DNA of 64,000 bases from a virus, in the IMG/VR virus record IMGVR_UViG_3300043773_002546, positions 64,001-128,000 of that record. One strand, given 5' to 3'. The first letter of the stretch is position 1. Each line of letters begins with the position of its first letter. Position numbers and translations under genes: made by a program. Below are positions 9,811-19,723 of this stretch, piece by piece. Under the pieces are notes generated by a model, which was given only the letters and a program-made list of their open reading frames with translations, made no database searches and was not told the origin of the DNA.

Positions 9811-10740
9811 ATGACTCGCAAATCGAATGCCCTGATTGTTAAGGCCGCCTCCGCGGTGTCCCAGCAGGCCGAAGATCTTCCCGAGATGACCGCTGCGCTG
9901 CAGGACGTGGTCACCGAAATCGGCACGCTCTTGGACGACGTGGCAACGGCCAGCGTCACTGCTTACTGGCAGATCGGCAAGCTAATCACTGAGGTCAGCG
10001 GTGACCCGGACAAGTACCTTACTGAGCAGCAGCAAGCGGCGCATATCGACGCAGGCGCGCTGGTGATTTCAATTTTTGCCAAGGCTTACTCGCCTGAGCA
10101 GCTTCGCGGGGCTGTGTCGTTCTTTGACAAGTATCCCAGTGAGCGCCAGCTCAACCGGTTGCTGAATATGCGCTGCCCTGACAATCCCCGCTGGCGTTTG
10201 TCGCCCTCGCACATCCAGGTGCTCTCCCAGGTCGCCGATGACGACCAGCGGACAGCGCTCGAAGAGAAGTGCGCTGAGGAAGCGTACACCGCCAACGTGC
10301 TTGCCAAGGAACTCCAGGAGATCCGCGGCAAGCGGCCGGGCGGCGGTCGCAAGCACAAGGCCCCCAAAGGTCTCAAACAGCAGCTGGACGACCTGCTGCA
10401 GTACATGCGGAAGTTCATTGGCCGCAGCGAGGCGATCTGGCTTAACGAAGATTCTGAGACCCTTTACGACGCGATTGCCAACACAGCCCCGGCGAAGCTT
10501 GACGAGACTGTGCGCGGCAAGATCCGCGAAATCGCCGAAAAATTCACAGAGCTCAGTGATATTGTCGGCACGCACATCCAGATGGTGAACAGCGTTCTAG
10601 AGCACATCGACGAGCCCGAGAGCGCCGAAGAGGCCGAGGAAACCGAAGAGGGCGAAGACGACGTGTCCGACGCCGTTCGTTCTGCGGCAGCCGCAGCCGC
10701 GGCAGCCGGTCAGCGCAAGGCAAAAACCATGACGCGTTAA
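9811..10740 (+). CDS. DUF1016 (YhcG) N-terminal-like helical DNA-binding protein
   Basis: YWQIGKLI, YSPEQLRGAVSFFDKYP and LSPSHIQVL match the DUF1016_N pattern; no nuclease domain; GGAG RBS and AT-rich upstream region. Confidence 0.5.
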   Translation: MTRKSNALIVKAASAVSQQAEDLPEMTAALQDVVTEIGTLLDDVATASVTAYWQIGKLITEVSGDPDKYLTEQQQAAHIDAGALVISIFAKAYSPEQLRGAVSFFDKYPSERQLNRLLNMRCPDNPRWRLSPSHIQVLSQVADDDQRTALEEKCAEEAYTANVLAKELQEIRGKRPGGGRKHKAPKGLKQQLDDLLQYMRKFIGRSEAIWLNEDSETLYDAIANTAPAKLDETVRGKIREIAEKFTELSDIVGTHIQMVNSVLEHIDEPESAEEAEETEEGEDDVSDAVRSAAAAAAAAGQRKAKTMTR

Positions 10741-10750
10741 GGAGGTCCTA

Positions 10751-11299
10751 GTGTTTTACGTTCGCGAGATTCCCGTGGTTATTGAGCCGGGCGTGGGCGC
10801 CTTGGAGGCGGCGATTACCGTTAAGGACGCCAAGAACAAGGAGCGTACGCTTGCTGCTCATTTTCAACGGATACCGCTCGATGAGAAAACGGCGCCTCAA
10901 CTGCCGCTGGTTCCCACTACGCAGCATCCGCACGTTTTCACAATTCACGAAGACCTGCAGAAGTCCTCTGTCCTTCTGGTTTATGACCTGCTGGGGCGGT
11001 TGGCGTTGATCTACACTCGCGACGACAAGCGACGTGGTTGGGAGCGCAACGACGTCGTCGCCGAGCACTCTGGCAAGTCGGTGACGCAGTTCTCTGTGCG
11101 CTTTTCTTTCAGCTCCGTGAAAGACCGCAACCGGTTTATGGAGCTGATTGACCGCATGGCTGGCATGGTTCGCGACGGTACCAGCGTCACCAAACCAGAC
11201 ATGACTGAAGCAATCACTTTGTTGTCACGGGCTCGCGCCGCTCCGGCGGTGTTGCCTGTAGCGGTGGCAAGATCCACACTACGAAACGTGCGCATCTAG
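10751..11299 (+). CDS. Hypothetical protein
   Basis: AAGGAGG RBS before GTG. Confidence 0.75.
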   Translation: MFYVREIPVVIEPGVGALEAAITVKDAKNKERTLAAHFQRIPLDEKTAPQLPLVPTTQHPHVFTIHEDLQKSSVLLVYDLLGRLALIYTRDDKRRGWERNDVVAEHSGKSVTQFSVRFSFSSVKDRNRFMELIDRMAGMVRDGTSVTKPDMTEAITLLSRARAAPAVLPVAVARSTLRNVRI

Positions 11300-11324
11300 C
11301 GCGCTGAAAGCCAAGGAGGGCGGA

Positions 11325-12176
11325 ATGGCGGAGGGAGCCGCAGACGTGTGCGTATGCGTCCTGTTGTACGGGACCGACGACGCTTGTTTCCAGTTGGCGC
11401 AACGGGTCTTAAACGCCCCCATGCTTCAGTTGGCGCGACAAAACGTCGAGTTCCGTCTGGGCCTAAACGCCGTCAGTGACCGCACGCGGGCGTTCGTGAA
11501 AGAGACTGTAGCGTCCCATCTCCCGGGGGCGCTTGTCCTGGACTACGGCGAGAACATCTTCAAATACCCGATGATGCGCCGCATGTTCCACGAACGCCCG
11601 CTTCGGGCGCCCTTGACCATGTGGTTCGACGATGACTCCTGTCTGGCGCCGGAGAACAATCCGGCCGCTTGGCTGCCGAGGGCGCAAAAGCTTATGGAAA
11701 ACTACACGATGATTGGCTCGCTTTACCGCCAGCGCCTTGTCGGTAAGCAAGCTCAGTGGATTCAGGACCAGTGGTGGTACAACGGTAAAATCCCGGGGCC
11801 ATATGTCAAGTTTTGCACCGGCGGCTGGTGGACCATCCGAACTGAAACATTGCTGCGTTTTGATTGGCCGCCGCCAGAACTCAAACACCGCGGCGGCGAC
11901 GTTATGCTCGGCGCCCTGTGCGAACAGCACGGCCTGGCGCTGACCCACTTCCGCGACCAGGTCTGGATCAACGCTAACGACCAGGGCGTCGAGAGCAAAT
12001 CCCCGCGCCGCGGCTATAACGAAAAGCCCATCGGCGTCGATTACAAGACCAGCGCAGCGCCACTGTCCCGCGAGGTCCTAGTGGCGCAGGGTAGCTGCTG
12101 CGGCAACGCCTGCGTGAACTGTCCCTACACGCCTCCGCACGAGCGCGGGGCCACAACGATTCGTAATGCCGTATGA
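11325..12176 (+). CDS. GT-A fold glycosyltransferase with C-terminal Cys-rich motif
   Basis: WFDDDS DxD motif; C-terminal GSCCGNACVNCPY (DUF5522-like). Confidence 0.65.
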   Translation: MAEGAADVCVCVLLYGTDDACFQLAQRVLNAPMLQLARQNVEFRLGLNAVSDRTRAFVKETVASHLPGALVLDYGENIFKYPMMRRMFHERPLRAPLTMWFDDDSCLAPENNPAAWLPRAQKLMENYTMIGSLYRQRLVGKQAQWIQDQWWYNGKIPGPYVKFCTGGWWTIRTETLLRFDWPPPELKHRGGDVMLGALCEQHGLALTHFRDQVWINANDQGVESKSPRRGYNEKPIGVDYKTSAAPLSREVLVAQGSCCGNACVNCPYTPPHERGATTIRNAV

Positions 12177-12577
12177 AACTATTTTTTGAACAACTCGATC
12201 TCGAGAAGACCCGGGCCAACTGGCCGGAGGGCGCGCCCTTCCGCCCGGCCCTGGTCAAATACCGCCGCGACGACTCGCGGCACTGGCTAGCCCTCTCGGA
12301 GCCGCTGCTCCCCGGCGGTACTCCGCAGTGGGCCAAAACAGAACACGATGAGTATGTGCGTATTCCGCTGTTTCCCTATGTCGTGCCCAGCCCCGAGGCC
12401 GACCGTTCTATTGCCTTTGCCCTGCAGCTGGGCCTCAGCTGTGCCGGACATCTGCCCGGGCGAGTCGAGGCTTTTCGGGTCGTGACTGGCGTTCCCGTCC
12501 AGCTTTTGTACGATCCCGCGACTGACCAGAACACGGGCTTGCGTTTCTGGTTGGGGTTCGCCGTGAACTTGGAGTAA
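12173..12577 (+). CDS. Hypothetical protein
   Basis: ATGA overlap with the upstream gene. Confidence 0.7.
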   Translation: MKLFFEQLDLEKTRANWPEGAPFRPALVKYRRDDSRHWLALSEPLLPGGTPQWAKTEHDEYVRIPLFPYVVPSPEADRSIAFALQLGLSCAGHLPGRVEAFRVVTGVPVQLLYDPATDQNTGLRFWLGFAVNLE

Positions 12578-12579
12578 TT

Positions 12580-12975
12580 ATGAGCACCGACCAAGAACCG
12601 AAAGAATCGGCGGCAGAACGGCTCAAGTCGTTTGCCGACAGCATTTCTTATGTCTACGAAAACTATTTAGCGCTCAAACGCTTGGCACAGGCGCTGGACG
12701 GACAGTCGCCCGCGGCGCCTTTTCCCCCAGGTGTAGCGGTCACACGCATTGACATCGAGTACGTCACCGCCGACGCCGGACGTCACACCGCGCGCATTGG
12801 TTATGTCACCCGTGTTGGCGACGTGGCGGCTCTGCTGGCGGCCGAGATTGAAAAGTCGATTGATTCGCTGCGCAATCTTTCTTTCGGCGCGCAGCAAACC
12901 AGCGAGCAAATCGCCGCCGCTTGCGAAGCTGCTCAATACAGCGCTCGAGCGCAACAGGTCGGGGGGCCGCAATGA
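12580..12975 (+). CDS. Hypothetical protein
   Basis: GGAG RBS; operon context. Confidence 0.7.
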   Translation: MSTDQEPKESAAERLKSFADSISYVYENYLALKRLAQALDGQSPAAPFPPGVAVTRIDIEYVTADAGRHTARIGYVTRVGDVAALLAAEIEKSIDSLRNLSFGAQQTSEQIAAACEAAQYSARAQQVGGPQ

Positions 12976-13820
12976 AGACCCGCGGCTTCAGCTACAGGCG
13001 CGTAATCAAGCGGCGCGACGCAGTCTTTGGTAGGGCCATGCGGCCCTACATGGAAGCGCGACTGACTGGCGCGACGATCGGCGACCTGACTGATGACATC
13101 CTCGCGGAAATGCCGCCCACCGTCTCACGCGACGCGCTGTTTGAGTCGCTCAGGCTTTTTGCTGGTACGCAGCTTTCGCGTCGCACGGGTTTCGAGATTG
13201 CCTGGCGTTTGGCGGGTAACCTCGACCGGCTCATTGCTGGCGAGCCCGTGCTGCCCTGGAACCGCCAAATTGCTAACGAGGTCGTTCCCGTCCGCGTCGA
13301 GCACATGCGGCCACACAAGCGGTTTGATAATCCTGGGTATTTGCTGCACTGTCGTGCGCTGGCTGGAAGTTCCTGTCCGCTGGTGTTTCCTAATTTTTTC
13401 AGCCGCCGCAGCTGCTTTGGGATCGCTAATACAATCGGCTTTTCGGCGCCCTGGGGCCTCTATCCCTACCAGCACCCCATGTACTTTGTGAACCTTATGT
13501 TTTTCGCCCACATTGAGGCAGAAAAGAGTCACGAGTATCCGGTGTTCTCAGAAGTCAGCTGCAACACAAGCTTGAAACTGGAAAACAAAGCCAAGATTGA
13601 AGTTCGCACGCGCGCACGCCCCTGCCCGCGGGGCTTTAAGCACGAGTGCAACAAATGCCCAATCGGTTACAACGAGTGCCCCGCTGGAATTTACCCGCGC
13701 ACGTTAGTCTCACGCTACTGCGCCCGTTGCCAGCAGGACGCGTTCTTTGAGCCCGATGACGAAGAGCAACAGGACTGCATTAACTGCCGCCACACCCCGA
13801 CTCCCACCGAGAAAGTCTGA
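12972..13820 (+). CDS. Hypothetical protein with C-terminal Cys cluster
   Basis: ATGA overlap at 12972; CP..HECNKC..C, CARC and CINC motifs. Confidence 0.7.
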   Translation: MKTRGFSYRRVIKRRDAVFGRAMRPYMEARLTGATIGDLTDDILAEMPPTVSRDALFESLRLFAGTQLSRRTGFEIAWRLAGNLDRLIAGEPVLPWNRQIANEVVPVRVEHMRPHKRFDNPGYLLHCRALAGSSCPLVFPNFFSRRSCFGIANTIGFSAPWGLYPYQHPMYFVNLMFFAHIEAEKSHEYPVFSEVSCNTSLKLENKAKIEVRTRARPCPRGFKHECNKCPIGYNECPAGIYPRTLVSRYCARCQQDAFFEPDDEEQQDCINCRHTPTPTEKV

Positions 13821-13821
13821 C

Positions 13822-14487
13822 GTGAAACGTGTTGTTTATTGCACGGCTGTATTCAACCGCCGTGAAAACTTTGAAATTCTGCTGGACAGCTACTTGGCGT
13901 TGCGCAAACTTCCCCGGAACACGCAGGACGTGCTGTGCGTCTACGACTGGGACGGCGAGCTCAATGATATCAATGAGATTGACGGCCTGGCTTATCAAGC
14001 AGGCCACCAGACTGGACCAATTAACCGCGCCGAAGCGCGCAACCGCGCGCTGGCAGTTGCCAAGGCGGCCCCCGACGAGCTTGTGTTTTTCGTCGATTGC
14101 GATATGGTGCTACCCACGGACTTTTCCGACCGAGTGCGTCATTTCGTGAAACCAGGTCACGCTTACTTTCCTGTCTGCTATTCGCTCTACCGTGGCTCCC
14201 CCGCGGTCGTTAAGGGCCACGGTCCGGCGCACACACCTGGCAAATCAGGCGCCAACGGCTGGTGGCGCGAAGCAGGCCGTGGCAACTGCGGTTTCGTACT
14301 TCAAGACTTTTTGGCCATTGGCGGCTGGGACGGCGCCCGCTGGGGCACAAACTACGGCCGCGAAGACGACGACGTCTTCTGGCGGGCCAAGGCTAAGCTC
14401 ACCATCCATCGCGAGTGGACGCAGAACTTTTTTCATCAGTGGCATCCGCGCGTGGCGGAACCACAGAATCCATCTATTACGAGGTAA
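13822..14487 (+). CDS. GT-A glycosyltransferase (GT7 / galactosyltransferase C-terminal-like)
   Basis: FFVDCDMV DxD motif; IGGWD..WGTNYGREDDD; HQWH; GTG start inferred. Confidence 0.75.
   Translation: MKRVVYCTAVFNRRENFEILLDSYLALRKLPRNTQDVLCVYDWDGELNDINEIDGLAYQAGHQTGPINRAEARNRALAVAKAAPDELVFFVDCDMVLPTDFSDRVRHFVKPGHAYFPVCYSLYRGSPAVVKGHGPAHTPGKSGANGWWREAGRGNCGFVLQDFLAIGGWDGARWGTNYGREDDDVFWRAKAKLTIHREWTQNFFHQWHPRVAEPQNPSITR
13960..13977. promoter_or_regulatory. Dispersed palindrome copy 3 (CTCAATGATATCAATGAG)
   Basis: 18-bp palindrome with one mismatched pair, inside a CDS (encodes LNDINE). Confidence 0.8.
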
Positions 14488-14489
14488 TC

Positions 14490-15176
14490 ATGTCGATTGG
14501 TTATAGACCGCAAGGAGCTGCTGGTCCCTTGTATCACCCCGAGCGCGACTTTGCGTACATCACCCCAACCCTCATGCGGCAGGCGATCGACAACATGTCA
14601 GCTCCGCCTAATCCGGAGATTGAGGAGTGGAAGAAACAAAACAACATCACCGAGGCCGACATAATCACAGCCGCCGAGGCTCTCGCTGACGCCCAGCGTG
14701 ATTTTGTCAGCACGGCCGACCCGGTCACAAGCCTACATCAGGCGTTGCACCGTCGCGATTACTTTGCGCTGCCTGTCCCGGTGCGGCTCTTGCTTCAGGC
14801 GATGATTGGCGAGGTCATGACCGGCGCATGGTTCAAAGCAGTGCGCGAAGTCTCGATTAAGGGCGAAGAATCTCCTGTGCAGAACGAGATGTGCCGCTTC
14901 TCCGCCGCTGTGCGTGAGTTTGTAACATCCAGCGGGGCGCCTAAGCCCAACCCGGTCAACGTGGCCGAGACGGTTATGGCGCAGAACGACGTGTTGCGCG
15001 GTCGTTTTGACGCCTTACGCGAGGAATACACGGCGCTGCAAAAGAAACTCCACGAAATTGAAACTAAGGCTACGAAACTGGAAATAGAGCTGACGCATTT
15101 GCCTTCTTGGTATCGTCGCCTGTCGAACTGGTTGCGGGCCACTTGCACCGGCCGAACCTGCTGCAATCGCTATTAA
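14490..15176 (+). CDS. Hypothetical protein with C-terminal coiled coil
   Basis: GAGG RBS before ATG 14490. Confidence 0.7.
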   Translation: MSIGYRPQGAAGPLYHPERDFAYITPTLMRQAIDNMSAPPNPEIEEWKKQNNITEADIITAAEALADAQRDFVSTADPVTSLHQALHRRDYFALPVPVRLLLQAMIGEVMTGAWFKAVREVSIKGEESPVQNEMCRFSAAVREFVTSSGAPKPNPVNVAETVMAQNDVLRGRFDALREEYTALQKKLHEIETKATKLEIELTHLPSWYRRLSNWLRATCTGRTCCNRY

Positions 15177-15186
15177 GGAGGCTCGT

Positions 15187-15831
15187 GTGGCCAAATACAG
15201 GATGTACAAAGACCCGGCGCTGTTTGCCGGAAAGATCGGTAAAGCTGCAGACGGCACGATCCGTTGCCTGGGCATGGACCTGGGCAGCAACTGCGGCGTG
15301 GCAATTTACGATTACACGCCAGGCGGCAAGCTTCTCCAGGACAAGCTCCAGCTGTTCCAGTGGGACTTGTCAACGCAAGGGCTCGAGTCCGGCGCCGCGC
15401 GATTCGTACGTTTGCGGGGTTTTCTCAACGCCGTGAAACCCGATGCGCTGGCTTACGAGGACGTGAAATACTCGCCACCCAAAGAATTTTTCGTCAACAA
15501 GAAGTTTGGTATCCCCGCCGTGCTGTCGCGCGTGGCCACAGCCAGCGAAGTTCTCGGCGGCATGAAGGTTACCGTGGCGACTTGGGCTGAAGAACAGAAC
15601 ATAGTCTCTAACGGCTTTGCTATTGCCACGATCAAGAAGTTTGCCACCGGAGACGGCAGGGCCAGTAAAGAACAAGTCATTGCCGCGGCGAACAAGAACT
15701 TAGGTACGGCCTTTGATCAGGCTAAATACAAATCGGCGGGTCTGGATAACGTGGCTGACGCTGCGTTCGTGCTTTTAATGCTCCTCCAGCAGCTCAAGCA
15801 AGCTGCCCCGCCGCAGACCAAGGAAGGGTAA
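15187..15831 (+). CDS. ruvC: RuvC-like Holliday junction resolvase
   Basis: LGMDLGSNCGVA; AYED; IKKFATGDGRASKEQV; DNVADA. Confidence 0.88.
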   Translation: MAKYRMYKDPALFAGKIGKAADGTIRCLGMDLGSNCGVAIYDYTPGGKLLQDKLQLFQWDLSTQGLESGAARFVRLRGFLNAVKPDALAYEDVKYSPPKEFFVNKKFGIPAVLSRVATASEVLGGMKVTVATWAEEQNIVSNGFAIATIKKFATGDGRASKEQVIAAANKNLGTAFDQAKYKSAGLDNVADAAFVLLMLLQQLKQAAPPQTKEG

Positions 15832-15832
15832 C

Positions 15833-16480
15833 ATGCCTTACCGCCCCGACAATTTTGAAGAGGTTGAGCCGCTTCGGGACGCGCCAGACATTGCACGCCT
15901 CTCCTGCTCCGAAGCTCTGCGAAACACCGGCCGCAAGCTGGTGCTGTTTACTCCTGCGCTGATGATCACTCACGGTCGTTTTGATCGCGACCCGGTTATC
16001 GAATACGACTGCCGATTTCCTGTGGACAACGCCGACCTGCGCCCATTTGTTGTCGATCTTCAGAAAGACAGCGAGCGGTTTTTTGAGGGCCTGGGCGTCT
16101 CTGTGCCGCCGGGAAAAAAGAAACCAGTGAATTGGGACAAGCGGATCTACGCCCTGGACGCCTCCAGAGCCGACGAATGTTTTGGTTTCATCGGTGGCAT
16201 CGCTTTTTCTGATCCCAAGCGCGGTTATTTCGGTACGGTGCTGTCCTACGATTTAGACATCCCCGACCCGACGAGCCGCATACACGAACGGCTTGAGGTC
16301 AAAGTTTTCGGCGTCTTGGCAAACAATGTCATGGCTTTTCTGGCGCCGCGACCGCACAACATTCCGGTTGTCCAGGTGGTGCACAATCCAGGGCACGCTT
16401 GGCCTACAAACTTGCCGCGAACAAACTTGCTAGGCGTGCCGCTGGAAGAAGACATTCTTGGCATGCGCGAGGAGGACTGA
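15833..16480 (+). CDS. Hypothetical protein
   Basis: AAGGAAGG RBS; operon context. Confidence 0.7.
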   Translation: MPYRPDNFEEVEPLRDAPDIARLSCSEALRNTGRKLVLFTPALMITHGRFDRDPVIEYDCRFPVDNADLRPFVVDLQKDSERFFEGLGVSVPPGKKKPVNWDKRIYALDASRADECFGFIGGIAFSDPKRGYFGTVLSYDLDIPDPTSRIHERLEVKVFGVLANNVMAFLAPRPHNIPVVQVVHNPGHAWPTNLPRTNLLGVPLEEDILGMREED

Positions 16481-16481
16481 C

Positions 16482-16922
16482 ATGAGCGAAGCATCTTCAG
16501 AGGCGGTCAACCCGCCCGCGCCCCAACACGCCTACTTCGCCGTCGTGCTCCACAGCGACGGCGCATTTGTTACCGAGGAGTTCGATTCGCTCGCAGCACT
16601 GGTTATTCGCCTCCGCGAGCTGGTCGACCGCGACGTCTCTGTGTCGTGCTTCACGGGCGCGCGGCTGGCAATCTCCAAGCCGCCGCTGCGCTACCTGATG
16701 ACGCCCGAGGGGAACCACGCGCTGTTCGAAGTGCCCGAGGCGCCCGAGCCCGATGACACCGGTTACCTGGGCGTGGACCCAATCCACATGGGCGACCCGC
16801 CCCAGCTAAAGATGCCCCAAGGCGCACGGCCCAGCCCCGGCGCGCCTGACGAATTTTTTGACGACCGCAACGACAACGTGCTGGGCGTTTTTGACAACGT
16901 GCTGCCTGACCCGGACAGCTAA
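16482..16922 (+). CDS. Hypothetical acidic protein
   Basis: GGAGG RBS before ATG 16482. Confidence 0.7.
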   Translation: MSEASSEAVNPPAPQHAYFAVVLHSDGAFVTEEFDSLAALVIRLRELVDRDVSVSCFTGARLAISKPPLRYLMTPEGNHALFEVPEAPEPDDTGYLGVDPIHMGDPPQLKMPQGARPSPGAPDEFFDDRNDNVLGVFDNVLPDPDS

Positions 16923-16946
16923 ACCGCGCGCGTTTGCCGGGCATAT
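16918..16946 (+). promoter_or_regulatory. Phage promoter candidate GCTAAA-N14-CGGGCATAT (copy 1)
   Basis: Same 29-bp layout as 31801 and 38992, with an internal CGTTT. Confidence 0.65.
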
Positions 16947-16949
16947 TTA

Positions 16950-17219
16950 ATGTCCACTGTTGTGTTTGCAGCGGACATTAACCATGTACCGGGCGTATAT
17001 GCTCGAGGGAGGGATCATGTTTTGGGCACCATGACGTTCGATGGGCGCTTTGTAAAACGCCACCACCGCGACAAAACTACCGGAATGATCAAGGTCGTCT
17101 TTTATGACGGACCGCCCGAGCTTGTGCCGTATGCCGAATGGCAGGCCAGGAAGAAGCTCGTATTTCACGGCGGCAATATTCGCCGCGCCGAGATTACCCG
17201 CGCGGTTGCGCATTGTTGA
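16950..17219 (+). CDS. Hypothetical protein
   Basis: Fills the gap between neighbours; start lies 4 nt after the promoter motif with no RBS. Confidence 0.6.
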   Translation: MSTVVFAADINHVPGVYARGRDHVLGTMTFDGRFVKRHHRDKTTGMIKVVFYDGPPELVPYAEWQARKKLVFHGGNIRRAEITRAVAHC

Positions 17220-17253
17220 TTACCACCCATTACCGCTACGAAGGAGCATGCGA

Positions 17254-18402
17254 ATGCAAACCATCACCGAGAACCTTGTCGCCCGCCAAGCTCAGTTGCT
17301 TAAAGATTTTGCTTACGTGGCTGACGCGCTTTGCGGCGTCGTTGCCATGTTGTGGTTGCCGGGGTTGCGCCAGCGCTTCCACGGACCACGCGCGGTCCGC
17401 GGCACGCGGCCGCTGTGCGTCACTTTGGAAGTGACCTCCAGTGGCGGGTTGACCCTCAGCGGCGCCATTTCCCGACCCAAAAACGGAAAGCTGCGCTATG
17501 ACGTGATCTTCAAGTACGACTTCACTCAGCCGATGTGCGACGAGCCCGCAGGAAACGTGCTTTCGGCCAAAAATGAAGTCATCGCCAACCGGGCGCTGGG
17601 GCTGCTCCAGAGCCTCATTCGTTTCGGCCAGCGCGACCAGCGCCGCGTGCGCACGGCTCAACCCGCCTGGCCGATGTACCTGGTGCCCTTCAACCCAGGC
17701 GAGCAGCAATACGACGACGCCAAACTCGAGGCCCTCGCCGCAGGAATCGATCCGGCGCTTCGGGCGCTTTACAAGGAGCAGTTGAAGAAAGACCTCACCG
17801 ATACGGCAACGGTATCCGGCTCCGTGCTGGTAAACGCGGCGATCGTCCCTGACGCGATTATCGCCCGCGCGCTGGAAACCGAGCTGGGTTACGAGGACTA
17901 CAGTCCGGTGTTGGGCGTTGGTCATTGGAATCCGGCTCACGCTTTGCGCGAGCAGCCCAACCCCGCTACGGCGCTCTTCGCCAAGCACGGGATTACTGAT
18001 CTGGAGTCGGTTGACCAAGACACGGTCGACGGGCTTCTGACAGAGTTCCGGGCGGCAGTCGCGCTGGGCGAATGTCTGAGCGATGACGACATCTACGACG
18101 CCTTGGTTCACCCCGATGCGCCGGTCGTCTTTTCTCAGGGCATCGCCCACGCCGAACCGAAGCGGCTTGTGGCGGCAATGCGCCGTGCCGCTGGGCATAG
18201 CCGCGCGGCTCGTGAAGCCAGTGATGCAGACCTGCTGGCGGCTACTGCCAACCAGGGTCGACTGGTGATTAGCGCCTTGTCGGCCACGCAGATCTGCACG
18301 GCTGCGGCGCTTCAAGACCTTCCCTGGTCTTATACAGGCGGTGTCCTGCCGTCGCAGGATTGGGAGCCCAACAGCCGCCGTCGCGTTGCGGTAGAGGCAT
18401 GA
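17254..18402 (+). CDS. Hypothetical protein
   Basis: AAGGAG RBS; long ORF. Confidence 0.75.
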   Translation: MQTITENLVARQAQLLKDFAYVADALCGVVAMLWLPGLRQRFHGPRAVRGTRPLCVTLEVTSSGGLTLSGAISRPKNGKLRYDVIFKYDFTQPMCDEPAGNVLSAKNEVIANRALGLLQSLIRFGQRDQRRVRTAQPAWPMYLVPFNPGEQQYDDAKLEALAAGIDPALRALYKEQLKKDLTDTATVSGSVLVNAAIVPDAIIARALETELGYEDYSPVLGVGHWNPAHALREQPNPATALFAKHGITDLESVDQDTVDGLLTEFRAAVALGECLSDDDIYDALVHPDAPVVFSQGIAHAEPKRLVAAMRRAAGHSRAAREASDADLLAATANQGRLVISALSATQICTAAALQDLPWSYTGGVLPSQDWEPNSRRRVAVEA

Positions 18403-18692
18403 GGTGCGCGATGCGTTACTTCCTCAAGCATGTCAGTCCAGAATACACGCTGCAGTGGCTTTTGGAGCAGGACCCAGAACCGCGCGCGGTGCCTGTATTT
18501 CCGGAAGAATTTGACGTGGCTTTGGTGATAACGCACCTGCTCGGCGGGACGGTTTTCGCGGAGGTTGCTACCTCCCCAAAACATCTCGTCGAGATCTGCG
18601 GGCAGGGGTTTCCTTTGGGACGGCTGTATTTCCAGATTTCGCGATCTGCGCTATACAGTGTGTGTCCGGAGTTAACCCCGGAAGCCTTTTAA
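18399..18692 (+). CDS. Hypothetical protein
   Basis: ATGA overlap at 18399. Confidence 0.65.
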   Translation: MRCAMRYFLKHVSPEYTLQWLLEQDPEPRAVPVFPEEFDVALVITHLLGGTVFAEVATSPKHLVEICGQGFPLGRLYFQISRSALYSVCPELTPEAF

Positions 18693-18740
18693 GAAAAGGG
18701 CACGTCGTCCGGGTAACCGGGCGGCCTCTGCCTTTTCTTT
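18691..18740 (+). terminator. Intrinsic terminator, possibly bidirectional
   Basis: AAGAAAAGG/CCTTTTCTT flanks around a GC hairpin with a GTAA loop; followed by TAGCTATCAGC. Confidence 0.7.
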
Positions 18741-18763
18741 AGCTATCAGCAATCGGAGTCGAC

Positions 18764-19723
18764 ATGAGCGGAGTGCAGTACAAGGACCCGACCCAAGAAC
18801 GGATGGCAAACGGCCGGTCGTTGGCGGACCTTATGCGCCGCGGCCCGCACGGTATCCGCGGCGTTGTCGTGCAGCCTGCGACTCCCGGCGGCGTACCTGT
18901 AAATTTTAATCCGCACGATCGCGGCGCAATTGAAATTCACGTCGAACCAGACGGCGGCAACGCTACTTTGCGGCTTAACCAGATTACCGCTAGCAGCGTG
19001 GAAAAAGCGCTCGCGGCAGCTAACGCGCAAATTCAGGGGAACGACATCGAATCTATTCGGGAGCGCACAGCCGTGGCCTTTGAAGAACTTGCCCGTCTTT
19101 CCAAATCTAATGTTCAACGCGTGCCAGTGAAGCAGGCTGCCGCGCGCCCGGCCCAGCAACAGCGCGAAAGCGACGACGAAGAAACCACGTTGGCCGAGCT
19201 CTCGCAGTTGAGCGAGGAACTGCAATCTGGTTTTGACGGACACAGCCAGTTGGTAAAACAGCCTGCCGCTCCGCCGTTGGAAAAAATTGACCGCGGCTAT
19301 AGCCCCATGGCTGCTTTCGGTCTCAAGAAAGCCGCTATGCCAGCGACTACTGCCGCCAGCAACGTGGCCAAAAACACGCAGGTCGGACCGCCGCAAAAAC
19401 TTGTGTACTTTGAGAAAGAGGGCATTGGCACGGTTCCTGCGTTTTTTCACGACGTGTTAGTTAACGTCTCTCGTCCCGAACCCGACAGCCCCGAAGAGTC
19501 GGGGTTTATTGTCCTGGTTTACGACGTGCGTTTTGAGCAATCTGCGGCGCGCTGGTTTCCTCCGGCAAATGACCCGTATCAGCGACCTTGGGCGGTGCAG
19601 GTTAACGACGACAACCGCCTGTACCTTGTTCATACCACGGGATTTCAGTATCTTTATGATGCGCGCGAATACTGCGTTTTGTTGGTGGAAAAGGCCCTGC
19701 GGGCGCCGGAAGGAGACGGCTGA
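18764..19723 (+). CDS. Hypothetical protein, possibly head assembly
   Basis: GGAG RBS; two genes upstream of the probable portal. Confidence 0.7.
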   Translation: MSGVQYKDPTQERMANGRSLADLMRRGPHGIRGVVVQPATPGGVPVNFNPHDRGAIEIHVEPDGGNATLRLNQITASSVEKALAAANAQIQGNDIESIRERTAVAFEELARLSKSNVQRVPVKQAAARPAQQQRESDDEETTLAELSQLSEELQSGFDGHSQLVKQPAAPPLEKIDRGYSPMAAFGLKKAAMPATTAASNVAKNTQVGPPQKLVYFEKEGIGTVPAFFHDVLVNVSRPEPDSPEESGFIVLVYDVRFEQSAARWFPPANDPYQRPWAVQVNDDNRLYLVHTTGFQYLYDAREYCVLLVEKALRAPEGDG

